The notes under the pieces are model-generated. The model saw only the letters and a program-made list of their open reading frames with translations. It did no database searches and had not been told where the DNA came from. From NCBI RefSeq assembly GCF_006345805.1, contig NC_043010.1:26970001-27034000 (forward strand): a stretch of 64,000 bases of DNA. Reading direction: 5' to 3'. The stretch is from Octopus sinensis. Taxonomy: Eukaryota. This document shows, one piece after another, positions 13,844 to 26,817 of this stretch; positions within the stretch are counted from its first letter, which is position 1, and each line of letters begins with the position of its first letter. The position numbers and the translations under genes are program-made.

Positions 13844-13901
<58 letters not shown>

Positions 13902-13912
13902 TGTGTATGTGT

Positions 13913-13948
<36 letters not shown>

Positions 13949-14866
13949 ATGTGTGTGTGTGTACACACACATATATGCATATGAGTGGTACTGGTAACAT
14001 GTAACCCAGTACAACCTGTTGCATGGTTGGGTCGTCGGCGACTAAACCGGCAACCCCACCAAGCTTGCTTGGTGAGGAGAGTGTTTATTGGACACCCTGA
14101 GGGATGAAAAACAAGACCCGTCAAAGGGCGGAGGAACTCTTGAGAGTCCACAGCCATCCAATAAATGTCTTAAGGCTGTATCATGCGCGGGGACACAGAA
14201 ATAATCGGACTCCTAGACTTTCTTAGGGCATCCTTCTAGGAGAGGGTAACTCAAGTAAATGGGATAACTCCAACATAAAACCTGCAGCTCAGTGGTTACC
14301 GATGATGTTGACTTGTTCTTCTTTTCGGATTATGGCTGCTGTTGCTTAGTGAGTGGGATTGACTCAGTGCCCAGCCTTTCCTCACTTTAAAAAAATCTTC
14401 TTGCACAAGCATTGCACGATAACAACATTGATTAAACTTCGTGAAATGGCCATACTCGATAACAAGGGTGCAGCCACCATATGCATATGTGTGTGTATAT
14501 ATATATACACACACACATACACATACACACACACATGCATACGTATGTAATGTTACAATTAAAAAAACCACAAGTCTTGTTAAATACAGCCTCCTGGGGT
14601 CGATGTATTTAACTTGTGGTTTTTCTTATAACATTATCTTTACTCTCTTAGATGATTGACTTCGATACGAATGGTTGAAGCTTTACAACAACATTCATAT
14701 ATATATATATAAGAATGGCTGTGTGATAAGAAACTTGCTTCCCAACCTCATAGTTCTGGGTTCTGTCCCACTGCGTGGCACCTTGGGCAAGTGTCTTCTA
14801 CTATAGCCTCGGGTTGAGCAAAGCCTTGTGAGTAGATTTGATAGATGGAAACTGAAAGAAACCCAT

Positions 14867-14917
<51 letters not shown>

Positions 14918-14918
14918 T

Positions 14919-14955
<37 letters not shown>

Positions 14956-15162
14956 CTGCGTTTGTCCCCCCACCTTCACTTGACAACTGTTGTTGGTGTA
15001 TTTACATCCCCGTAACTTAGCAGTTCAGCAAAAATGACCAATTGGATGAGTACTAGACTTACAAAGAATAAGTCCTGGGGTCAATTTGTTCAACTAAAGG
15101 TGGTGCTCCAGCATGGCTACAGTCAAATGACTGAAACAAATAAAAGAAAAAAAGAATATACA

Positions 15163-15220
<58 letters not shown>

Positions 15221-15224
15221 CATG

Positions 15225-15499
15225 CAATTGCAGCATGGAAGGTGTTTATAAGCCATTTAAAAAACACACAAAAACTGTTAGATTCACTTCAACATTTAAA
15301 TTTAATTTGCCAAAATATTTTCATCGCTTTGAGACCGTGACCTGTTCACTGACAAAATTCCATGCTGCATCACAGTGAACAGGTCGCGGTCTCAAAGCAA
15401 CAAAAATATTTTGGCAAATTATATTTAAATGTTGAAGTGAATCTAACAGATTTTGTGTGTTTCTTAAATGGCTTATAAACACCTTCCACGCTGCAATTG
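15225..15499. repeat. Fold-back element: 127-bp inverted arms, 21-nt spacer
   Basis: 15225-15351 is the imperfect reverse complement of 15373-15499. Confidence 0.9.
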
Positions 15500-15558
15500 T
15501 TTTTGTTTCAGCACACGATTTCAGATCAGGTCATTTGCTTTGCAAGTACATCTCCGTA

Positions 15559-15642
<84 letters not shown>

Positions 15643-16185
15643 CCCGTGGCCTATGCCAGGGGTGTAACCAGCTCATTTATGCGTCCCTTTCCTTCAGTGG
15701 ACGATAAACTCTGCTTGCGAAGACCTGTTGAGGCAAGTGAAATTGAAATCAAATCAAATAATTCGATGACTGACACCCATGCCAGTGGAGCGCTAAGAGC
15801 ACCATTCAAATGTGATCGCTACGAGCATCGCCAAACTTGCACTTGTGCCGGTGGCACGTGAAAAGCAACATTCAAGCGAGGTCATTGCCAGTGCCGCTGG
15901 ACTGGCTCCTGTGGCATGTAGAAAACACCACTTGAGCGTGGTCGTTGCCAGTACCGCTTTACTGGCTCTTGTGCCGGTGGCACATAAAAGCACCCACTAC
16001 ACTCTCGGAGTGGTTGGCATTAGGAAGGGCATCCAGCTGTAGAAACTCTGCCTGGTGCAGCCATCTGGTTTGCCATTCATCAGTCAAATCGTCCAACCCA
16101 TGCTAGCATGGAAAGCGAATGTTAAACGATAATGATGATGATGATATGTATACATATATATATATTAGATGATATATATATGATG

Positions 16186-16222
<37 letters not shown>

Positions 16223-16324
16223 GTGTATATATATTCATATATGAGTGGATAAACAAAAGGAGGGCACTCAACAAATTTATTGGGAGTTACATGTATGGAT
16301 CAAAACAGTTTGATTCAAATTTGT

Positions 16325-16365
16325 TGGTACTCTCAAGTTTCAAGCATGATGCTAGTCATCAGCCA
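16325..16365 (-). ncRNA. Type I hammerhead-ribozyme motif in a Penelope-like repeat
   Basis: Minus strand UGG-CUGAUGA-CU[AGCA uca UGCU]U-GAAA-CUUGAGAG-UA-CCA; stem II base imperfect. Confidence 0.55.
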
Positions 16366-17035
16366 TTTTGAATTGATTGTTATTACCATAAGGGGGGCTG
16401 CAATTGGTTGAGGAAGGTCACATGGTGTCCTGGTTTGATGTTGGTATATCGGTAACAGTTAGTTGGAAAATGCCTCATGGTGAACAAGAAATTGACCGTG
16501 TGGTGGACAGGAAATTGGTTGGGTTGTTGGAGGGGAAGTAGGAAGGGGGTGGTAACTCCTGTTGAGTTTTAACCCTTTGCACTCAGGTTCCTCAGCCCAG
16601 GACCGCAGCCTAGCATTCTGGCATAAAAGGCAAAGTCAGATATGAAAAATTGTGTCACCATAAATGGTATAAATGCCTACAGGAACATGGTTCAGCCAGT
16701 CAGGCTGGCTGGTGTGTAACCAAATGAGCTGAAACCTCCTTCTTAAATAGTCTACTTAAACCTTCTATGACAGAATAATGACAGAATAATAAATAGTGTT
16801 CCAATACACACACAGACGTACATACATACATACACCCATACATACATACATACATACATACATACATACATACATACATACATTCCTGATGATTCTCTGA
16901 AATGAGATGAAAGCACTAAATAAACAATTATTGAAAATTCTGAGAACCTCCTTTTACATATAAAATTTGTACACCACTTGAAGCAGTCTATACAGACATA
17001 CACACACACACACATATATATTATATATTATATAT

Positions 17036-17085
<50 letters not shown>

Positions 17086-17101
17086 ATATATATATATATA
17101 T

Positions 17102-17140
<39 letters not shown>

Positions 17141-17185
17141 TACACATACACATACATATACATATGCATATATATATTATATATA

Positions 17186-18432
17186 CAGGAGTTGGACAAA
17201 ATAATGGAAACACCTTAAAATTTCAAACAATTTATTTTAAGATGGAGTAGGACTGCCTTTGGCAGTAATTACAGCTTAAATTCTACAAGATATGGACTCA
17301 TACAAAGTTTGAATTGTTTCCAAAGGAATTTTTATCCATTCTTCAGCTAAAACAGTCTCCAGTTCTTGTAGTGATGATGGTGGAGGGTATCGACTCCTTA
17401 CTTGTTTTTCTAAAATGCACCATAAATGTTCAATAATAATGAGATCTGGGGACTGTGGTGGCCAGATAAGATATTCGATTTCACTAGAATGTTCGTTGTG
17501 CCATTCAGTAACAACTTCAGCTGTGTGAATTGGTGCATTATCATCCTGAAAGATTGCATTTCCCTCCAGAAACAGGTCCGCAACCATAGGATGAATTGTA
17601 TCAGATAAAATGCTTAAATAGTCTTGACTATTAATTCTGTCATGAAGGAAACCATTGGGCCAGCAGATTTCCATGATATAGCCCCACCAGATTATCACAG
17701 ATCCTCTTCTATGTTTAACAGAATGAAGAAGGCAGTCTGGGTCAAATGATTCTTTTGGCTGTCTCCACATGTATACTTAGCTGGTGGTTGAAAATAAGGT
17801 AAAGGATGACTCTTCCGAGAAAATAACATTCTTCTACTGCTGTAGGAACCAATTCTGTAGGTTTTTACTCTACTCTAAACACTTTGCAACATTTGTTTTT
17901 GAAAGTTGTGGTTTTCTGATTGCAGCCCTCTTGTGAAATCTGGCCTTGTGCAGCTCCCGGCAAATAGTTTTTTGTGAAAACTGGGTTCATGAAGTGGTCA
18001 TTAAGCTCTGCAATGATTTCAGGATCTGTAGTTTTGTTATCTTTTCTAACAGTTTGCATAAGAGTCTGACGGTCCCTATCTGAAAGTTTTGGTTTGACAA
18101 GGAGGTTTTTCCCTCTTTCTCAAAGGCTGTAATTACTTTCAAGACAGTACTTCTTGATACACCAAACATTTCGGCTGTTTTCATTACACTAGTGCCTGTC
18201 ATACGAGCATCAACAATTTGACTTCTTTGAAAGTCCGATAGATTTGTCATTTTAATGAATTTTGATTACTTTTTTCTGATGATATCTGAAAAGAAACAGC
18301 AATTTTAGCAAAACATATTAAGCAACACTAAAACATAAATCAAATAACATAAAAATAAACAAGCTTTTGACAGTTTTATAGATATTTTAAAATTACGATG
18401 CTAGGTGTTTCCATTATTTTGTCCAGCCCCTG
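17186..18432 (-). mobile_element. Full-length (1247 bp) Tc1-family DNA transposon with a DD36E transposase pseudogene (17237-18250)
   Basis: TA duplications at 17184-85 and 18433-34; 30-bp TIRs with 2 mismatches; HTH N-terminus MTNLSDFQRSQIV...FGVSRSTV; catalytic end FQDDNAPIH...WPPQSPDLIIIEHLW with 36 residues between D and E; frameshifts and a premature TAA at 17276. Confidence 0.93.
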
Positions 18433-18467
18433 TATATATATATATATATATGGATCAGAACAGTTTG

Positions 18468-18534
18468 ATTCAAATTCGTTGGTACTCTTGAGTTTCAAGC
18501 GTAATGCTAGTCGTCAGCCATTTTGAATTTGAAT
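18468..18534 (-). ncRNA. Type I hammerhead-ribozyme motif, second copy of the 16.3-kb family, with extended stem I
   Basis: Minus strand AUUCAAAUUC-aaaa-UGG-CUGACGA-CU[AGC auuac GCU]U-GAAA-CUC aa GAG-UA-CCA-ac-GAAUUUGAAU. Confidence 0.6.
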
Positions 18535-18638
18535 GATAGAAGTTGATTGTCGATTGGTCGAAGAAGGTCATGTGGTTTTGTGGTTTGATGTTGGTATATC
18601 GGTAACAGTTAGTTGGAAAATACCTCATATATATATAT

Positions 18639-18673
<35 letters not shown>

Positions 18674-19355
18674 TGATAAAAACGGTAAGACAACAAAAGA
18701 ACGAAGGACACCTCGATATTATGTAAATAGAGGAATTTATCTGTAAATGTAATATGTAACTATTATTCAGTAGCCATGATAAAACTCCGAGGTTTGGATG
18801 CCAAGGTGGAAATTCACACCGCCATCTCTTTAGTTATCCGGCCATCGGAAAAATGCTATGATAAATTACCATTATTCAAAGGGAAATTACTGTGTGATTG
18901 ACCATTATTAAGACAAAAGAGCTATTTGAATGACCGCTAAATAAGGTAAGGCGGTAAAAAGTTCATAGTGTTGGCGTAAGCGCGCCTGTTCATACCTACA
19001 CATGTGCGCCCGCACACCCACAAGCATGCGCTTAAAGCTATACATTCATCCACCCTCACTTGAAAACGTACACATTCTCACTCTCATCCATCGCCAAATG
19101 TATATGCATATACATAGAAACCCACATACACACACGCCCACCGTAATGGTTCATACACACGTCTATATACGCACAAGCACAAGAAAAAACAGGGTTAAGG
19201 GTAACAATACAGAAAAAAGGCATAAGGGAGTATACAAAGAGTAAACCACATCTATATACGCACATACCCTTATGCACACATACACACACGCCTATATACG
19301 CACACACACATGCACACACAAAAAGGATTGTACATATGTCCAACACAAGACGTAT

Positions 19356-19356
19356 G

Positions 19357-19389
<33 letters not shown>

Positions 19390-19415
19390 GGTGGTGGTGG
19401 TGGTGATGGTGATGG

Positions 19416-19449
<34 letters not shown>

Positions 19450-19514
19450 GGTGGTGATGGTGATGGTGATGGTGATGATGATGATGATGATGATGCATGC
19501 ATCATCATCATCAT
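19356..19514. repeat. (GAT/GGT)n trinucleotide array
   Basis: Direct inspection; explains the poly-His/Gly/Pro ORFs. Confidence 0.95.
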
Positions 19515-20399
19515 GTATTTATGTATCTGTATCTCTCATTCACATTGACGTGGACTTCTTTACTCTTGATCGTTTTTCTTAGGTATCCCCTCTCTTGTCT
19601 TTTTAGGAATATGAAATTACTAGGGGGAGTAGATTCCCATTCCCTTCACTCTCCCACCTCTTTTAGTTGCCTCTTACACCCCGCAGGGAATACAGTGGCT
19701 GCTTTCTACCAATCCCCACCACTACCACCACTCAGTCACAGTAGGGTTAGCTAGTGAACCCATAGAGTAGACCTGGGAATAATAGTGGGTAAGAGGTGGC
19801 TCCACACTCTTCAAACCCTGAAACCAGGGCCCCAGGGTCCCACTACTGGATGTAGTTTATAGTCATACCCAGGGCAAAGGGGTACAAAACCAGCATGATG
19901 TGGCAGAAGTAAACCAGCATATGGTGTCGGGTCCTGCTGCTGATATTGGGGGTTGTGCTCTATGCCTTGACCTGAGCATAGAATGGGGCTTGCCTCTTTG
20001 AGCTGGGAAATGAATGGAATGTCTGGTGTGTGTCTTGTTGTGGTTACCCCTCCTGAAACAAAATGGGGAATAGGCCCAGGTATATAAAAAAAAAATCCCC
20101 TCTCAGTGATTCTTTCTTTCTCTCTCTCTTTTTCTCTCTCTCATACACACACACATGCACACAGATATACACAAACACACACTATCATCATCATCATTAT
20201 CATCACCCTCATAGTTTCCTTCGGCAGTTTCATGTATCTCCTTCCACCTCACCCCACCCACCTTAGCAATTAATTCCCCGTTAACTCATTTTTGCACCAT
20301 TTAATTGCAATAAATCCATAATAGAGAGACAGAATAATCAGATATTTTCATTAACCTACGTTAAGTGTCTCGTTGTGTCATTAGTGTGGGTCATTAAAG

Positions 20400-20990
20400 T
20401 AGGGGAAGAAGAAAAAGAAGAAGAAGAGGGAGGAGGAGGAGGAGAAGGAGGAAGAGCAGGAGAAGGAGGAAGAGCAGGAGAGCAGGTTGACAAATTGGTA
20501 GTTTTGGTGTTTTATAGGTATATGGTGGTGAGGGTGGGGTGGCTGGCCAGTGGTGGTCATTGTAGCTATGGTAGTGGTGACAATGGGAGAATGTGGAGGT
20601 GGTGGTCATGGTTGTGTTTGCAGTGATGGTGCTGGTGGTGATGGTCTGCTGCTAGTGGGCAGTAGCAATAGTAGTAGTAGTAGTAGTAGTAGTAGCAGCA
20701 GCAGCAGTGACAGCAGTGGTGGAAAGGTGGGTGATGGAGGGGGAGTCATCATGGAGAGGTGTGTTTGTTGTTATGGTCATCTTCATTGTTGTCATTGTTA
20801 TAGTGGTGGTCGTGGTGAGGTTGTCCACGGTGAGGGTGGTGGTAGCAGTAGTGGTGATGGTGGTGGTGACAGTACTTGGGTGTTGTCGTTGTGGAGGTAT
20901 TTATGATGGCAGTGTTAGTGGCGCTGGTGGTGTTGATGTGCTTGGTGTTGGTGGTGGCCACAGCATTTCTGATGGCAGTAATTGTTAGAG
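20400..20990. repeat. Degenerate G-rich (GGT/GTA/GGA)n low-complexity tract
   Basis: Direct inspection. Similar (AAC)n at 27380-27600, and (CAC)n at 59530-59820 and 60215-60350. Confidence 0.85.
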
Positions 20991-21472
20991 AAAATTCTTT
21001 GGACAGAATACAGACTTGGTCTTGTTAGACAAAAATTCTTTAATCAATTAGAATTTGAAATATCTATAGGATTAGTTCATTATTTTTTTCTCTTATAATT
21101 AAGATCAGTTTATTAAAAGCTATCTGGTTTACTCACCTTATCTATAATCTATGACACAGTTGTGTATGTGTATGCTTGTTGCACATATACATGTGTGTGT
21201 GGTGAGAAGCTCTTGGTGAATGGTGTCTGTATCAAAATATAATGATATCTTTTGGTCTTTTGTTCCTTACACTGTTTTAGCCATCATGTCTGTGACCTTG
21301 CCAATGACTCTGTTGTTCTATTGGTGCATCTAGTGTTTTGTTAGATCTTCTGTAGCTTTTGATGTTGCATCTATGGCCTTGTCTGTGCATCTATAGCTTT
21401 GTACACCTACAACCTTTCTGGTGCACCTGTAGCCTTCCTGGTGCTCTTGTGGTTTTGCTGCTACATCTGTAG

Positions 21473-22223
21473 TCTTACATTATTTACATCTGATGGATAT
21501 TTGTCCTCATCTTGTTTGTACAACATTTTGGCTGATATACCCTCCAGCCTTCATCAGGTGTCTTGGGGAAATTTTGAACCTGGGTTATCATTCCTAAGGT
21601 ATTTTTAGATGTTATTATTATTATTATTATTAATGAGTGAGAGAGCAGTGCATGCCATCAAAGTGACACTGGGGTAAAATATACGAAGCCCAATATACCC
21701 ATCATGACTACCCGTCTGATAAAGGTACACCAGGCACATGCATCACAACCATATGTGCGCGACATGGTGATCTCATATCAAGATAAACAGCACATGACCT
21801 TGCAGGTGGGGCCCAGTTAGAATTTTCTTCAGGTTGAGTAGCCCATCCCGCTCAAACGGTCCCTGAATAAGGGTTGTTTAAGGATGTTGAAAGAACCACC
21901 CATGTTTCCAGAGGTGAATTATTCAAACCCCAAAGAATCCCTCTCAACACATGGCTATGATGCTCCCCCACTACTTCTGCTCGTGATCAGAGATGCACAT
22001 ATCGTCAGCCACTAAGGGACATGCTCAACTGGTTACGGTCAAACAACTGACAAGCAAATCTGTGGTATTGAGCAGAATATTTGCTGTAGCCCATCTTTTA
22101 TACCAAGACAAAACAATGTACATGATAACACTTCCAATCAGTTAAGATCAGAAGCCATGAGAGCCACTGCCTGGTACTGCATCAGGGCATTTATTATTAA
22201 TATTATTATCATTATTATTATTA

Positions 22224-22258
<35 letters not shown>

Positions 22259-22802
22259 GAGTGAGAGAGCAGTTCATGCCATCAAAGTGACACTGGGGTA
22301 AAATATACGAAGCCCAATATACCCATCATGACTACCCGTCTGATAAAGGTACACCAGGCACATGTATCACAACCATATGTGCGCGACATGGTGATCTCAT
22401 ATCAAGATAAACAGCACATGACCTTGCAGGTGGGGCCCAGTTAGAATTTTCTTCAGGTTGAGTAGCCCATCCCGCTCAAACGGTCCCTGAATAAGGGTTG
22501 CTTAAGGATGTTGAAAGAACCACCCATGTTTCCAGAGGTGAATTATTCAAACCCCAAAGAATCCCTCTCAACACATGGCTATGATGCTCCCCCACTACTT
22601 CTGCTCATGATCAGAGATGCACATATCGTCAGCCACTAAGGGACATGCTCAACTGGTTACGGTCAAACAACTGACAAGCAAATCTGTGGTATTGAGCAGA
22701 ATATTTGCTGTAGCCCGTCTTTTATACCAAGACAAAACAATGTACATGATAACACTTCCAATCAGAAGCCATGAGAGCCACTGCCTGGTACTGCATCAGG
22801 GC

Positions 22803-22845
<43 letters not shown>

Positions 22846-23166
22846 GTTCAGGTCACTGCTTGGAATCAAACTTAGAATCTTGGAGTTAGTAGCCTGCGCT
22901 TTTAGCCACTACGCCATATGCCCGTGGTTAAGAGCGCAGGCTACTAACCCCAAGATTCCGAGTTCGATTCCAAGCAGTGACCTGAACAATAATAATAATA
23001 ATAACATCGAAAAAATACCTTAGGAATGAAAACCCAGGTTCGATATTTCCCCAAGACACCTGAAGAAGGCTGGAAGGCATATCAGCCGAAAGGTGTTAAC
23101 AACAAACAAGATGAGGACAAATATCCGTCAAATGTAAATAATGTACATAATTCTTCATCTGTTAAA
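21473..23166. mobile_element. Head-to-head pair of a tRNA-headed element with a Penelope-type tail; the left copy is split by two insertions
   Basis: 21473-21615 is the reverse complement of about 22990-23166, and 22843-22908 that of 22924-22990. A box TGGCGTAGTGG, B box GAGTTCGATTCC; tail carries CTGA(A/T)GAAGGCTG...CAGCC(G/A)AAA. Confidence 0.7.
21634..22804 (-). mobile_element. Two near-identical 557/547-bp retroposon-like units inserted in tandem into an (ATT)n tract
   Basis: Copies at 21634-22190 and 22258-22804 differ by about five substitutions and a 10-bp indel; each is flanked by (ATT)n; no ORF. Confidence 0.8.
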
Positions 23167-25874
23167 TATAGAACTGTATCTGTAGTCTTACTTGTACTTC
23201 TATGGCATTCATATTGCACTGCCTGTTCTAGGATTTCTTTTTACACCTACAGCATTTCTGGCATACCTGTATCATGTGTGGTGCATCTGTAACCTTCTTT
23301 ATGCACCTGCAACTTTGCTGCTACATCTATGGTCTACCTCATGCACCTATGTATTTCTTGGTGCACTGCTTGTTCTAGGATGTCACATCTGTATCTACTG
23401 TATACTCTGAAGTCCATGTTTTGGCTTGTTTATCATTGTTAGTTGAGATGATGGACGGGACATGAAACTAACCAATAACACATCAAGATATCACATAAAT
23501 GGGTGATACAGAATATCAGCAAGTATCACAGCTACATATCACATAGATATAATTTATGATGTTAATGTTTCCTTCCAGAAACGGTTTCCAGCAAACCCCT
23601 TCAGTTTGCTTGGCAGTATCACTGCTTCTGTGAAGGACACAGTGCAAGATGGCCAGATGCCATAGAACTGACAAAAGATCTGTTTATTCTTTTATGCTTT
23701 TTTTACTTGTTTCAGTCAATTGACTGTGGCCATGCTGGAGCACCACTTTAAGGGGATTTTAGTCAAACAAATCGACCCCAGGATTTATTCTTTGTAAGCC
23801 TAGTACTTATTCTATCAGTCCCATTTGCCAGACTGCTAGATTACAGGGATATAAACACACCAACATCGGTTGTCACAAACACACAAATGTATACATACAC
23901 ACACACACATACACACACACACATACACAGACACACACACACACACATATGACGGGCTTCTTCCAGTTTCTATTTCCCAAATCTGCTCACAAGGCTTTGG
24001 TTGGCCCAAGGTTATAGTAGAAGACACTTGCCCAAGGTGCCACACAGTAGAGCTGAACCCAGAACCTTGTGGTTGGTAAGCAAGCTTCTTCCCATATGAC
24101 CATACCTGCGCCTATCATTCACTTATTTAACTTAAAGTGATAAAATCCACTTTGTCTTGCATTCTTTTGAGAAGTCATGTATACAGATGGTTAATATTGA
24201 ATATCAGCAAGTGTTACTTCTAGATATCACATAGCTGGTTGATACAGAATACTTGTACACTGTATATCTATATATATCACATAGAAGATTGATACAGAGT
24301 ACTAACATGTGGTACATCGGGATATCATACATGGTTGATGCAGAAGAGTGTGAGTAACCATGTAGCTCTTCTACAGCAAGAAACCCATTCAGTTCTGATT
24401 CTTCTTTTATACCTTAACCTCTTATCTCCTAGCATAAAGCTTTCTTTCTCTACTGTAGCTCCACTGAGTCGAAAAGGATCTTGGTCTTGTGGGCCACATG
24501 ATGATTTCACAAGTGCTGGTGCCATATAAAAAACATTCAGTATTTGCTGTAGAATGACAGGCATTATGAAGGGCCTCAAGCCACAGAAACCTGGTCAAAA
24601 CAGACAGTGGAACATGATGCAGTCCTTAGAATCATTGGATCCTGTTGACCCATCCAGCCCATGCTAGCATAGAACATTGACATAAAATATGATGATCGTA
24701 TCTAGATGTAATACTTGCTTTATATATACACATATACACACACAGATTATGCATACATGTGTGTGTGTGTGTGTGTGTAATGAAACAATACATTACTGGT
24801 TATGGCATACAACTGATCAGAATGTAGTTTTGTGCCAGGTATTGCTATTTAACAACCAAACAATACTGATGGCTCTTCACACATGTTGTACTTCTGGTGC
24901 TAAAGAGGCTCTGCACTTCCAGCCAAAATATTGAAGGGGTCCTAAATATTCTCTTGTGACAGTGCTTAGAATGAAACCTTTGGTAACATTTCAAGATAAC
25001 CAGTAATGTTTTGTTTAATGATATATCTATCTATATATATATATATATATATAATACATATAGGCACAGGAGTGGCTGTGTGGTAAGTAGCTTGCTTACC
25101 AAGCACATGGTTCTGGGCAAGTGTCTTCTACTATAGCCTCAGGCTGATCAAAACCTTGTGAGTGGATTTGGTAGACGGAAACTGAAAGAAGCCCATCGTA
25201 TATATATATATGTATGTATGTGTGTGTATATGTTGTGTATCTGTGTCCCCCCCCCACATCGTTTGACAACCAATGCTTGTGTGTTTAGGTCCCCATAACT
25301 TAGCGGTTTGGCAAAAGAGACCAATAGAATAAGTACTAGGCTTACAAAGAGTAAGTCCTGGGGTCGATTTGATTCAACTAAAGGTGGTGCTCCAGTCAAA
25401 TGACTGAAACAAGTAAAAGAAGAAAAGAAAAGAAGGAATATATATATATATCATCATCATTGTAATCATTTAATGTCTGTTGTCCATACTGGCATGGGTT
25501 GGATAGTTTGATCAGAGTTGATAAGCTGGGGAGCTGTACCAGGCTCCAGTCTTTGTCATGGTTTCTACAGCTGGAGGCCCTTCCTAAAGTTTATGTGACA
25601 CTGCACGACATGAGTGCCTTTACATGGCACTGGCACAAGTGCTTTTTATGTGGCCCCAGCACAGGACTCTCGCAGGCCTATCCTATTCACTAGGGTGGTG
25701 GGGGGGAAACAGCTTTAACACTTCTGCTGTGGAGTATGGGTCTTCTTCAATACAGCAAGGTGCCCAGTATCTCGGTTTTATGTCATCTCGTCTGAAAGGT
25801 TCAGCGTCCTGAGGTTGTCCTTCAGTGCTTCATCCCATGTCTTCCTATATATATATATACACATATATTTGTAT

Positions 25875-25905
<31 letters not shown>

Positions 25906-26731
25906 CAATTGTTTCAATGTCCACATTTCCATTCTGGCATGGAGTGTATGGAATTTGCTGAACCAGATTTCCCCACAACCTGATGCCCTTCCTGTCACTA
26001 ATTCACACCTATTTCCAAGTAAGGCATTATTAACCTCATGACTGGACATGTTTCCATGGAAATGACAACTGCTTGGATGATGGCAACACTCATTTGCAAC
26101 TATCATATGGTGTCGAGCAAGGAGACACACATGCTCATAAATACATACATACATATATATATGTATATGTATGTAAGTGTGTGTAAAGATATATATATAT
26201 ATATGTACTTATAAATTAAGGATATAATCATTAAAATGATTGTATCAGTGGCTAGCGTATAAAAAAAGTGACCATATTTTGTAAATCTTCTTGCCCACTA
26301 CCTTGCATCCGACCTAGGGTTGTAAATAGAGAACTGATTTAGAGTGGATTGTAGGTATTTGACATCTACGTTTAGCATAAAGGTGCTGGTATTCTAGAGC
26401 CCTTAATTATATTTCATAATTATATACTTATATATATATATATATATATATGATGGGCTTCTTTCAGTTTCCATCTACCAAATCTACTCACAAGGCTCTA
26501 GTTGGCACAGGGCTGTATTAGAAGACACTTACCTAAGTTGCCATAGAGTAAGATTGAACCCAAAAGCACATTCTTGAGAAGTAAGTTTCTTATCCACACA
26601 CCCACACACTCAAGCTGTTCTGATGTGTCTCACTAACAGCCGCCATTAATTTAATTTAGTTTTTGTGAACCTAATTCTCATTTATCTAAAAAATGTCGTT
26701 AATCTATGCAATAATATTCTTCTATCTGCAG

Positions 26732-26817
26732 ACTCCAACACCTATTAAGATGACAAAAGCAGCTGTCCTCAGAGAAGGAAAAGTTCATTTAAAGGAAGAA
26801 GAAGCAGAACTAAAATG
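26732..26817 (+). CDS. CFAP99: CFAP99-like exon B (TPTPIKMTKAAVLREGKVHLKEEEAELK+TG)
   Basis: Acceptor tattcttctatctgcag; donor TG|gtaaat; absent from the ORF track (too short); phase 2 completes TGG with the next exon. Confidence 0.85.

Noticed and set aside
13985-14420. Possible LINE 5' UTR with an HDV-like ribozyme (short hairpin followed by CUAA near 14030-14050)
   Set aside because: I could not build consistent P1, P1.1 and P3 pairings by hand, and no ORF follows; it needs a descriptor search.
16884-16925. CUGAUGA-UUCUC..GAGAU-GAAA hammerhead candidate
   Set aside because: No stem III/NUH or stem I partner found.
18778-18838. Minus-strand hammerhead-shaped fold (GAUAA/UUAUC, GAUG/CAUC)
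   Set aside because: Core mutated (CUAAAGA, CAAA), so a dead relic. Similar relics at about 4564-4612, 21515-21565, 23055-23097 and 35880-35970 were not counted as ribozymes.
20375-20990. Gly/Ser/Val-rich ORFs resembling low-complexity proteins
   Set aside because: Degenerate trinucleotide repeat, no splice signals joining it to the gene.
22843-22990. Possible tRNA gene
   Set aside because: A and B boxes are present, but there is no 3' acceptor-stem complement; it runs into (AAT)n and a repeat tail, so it is a SINE-type head.
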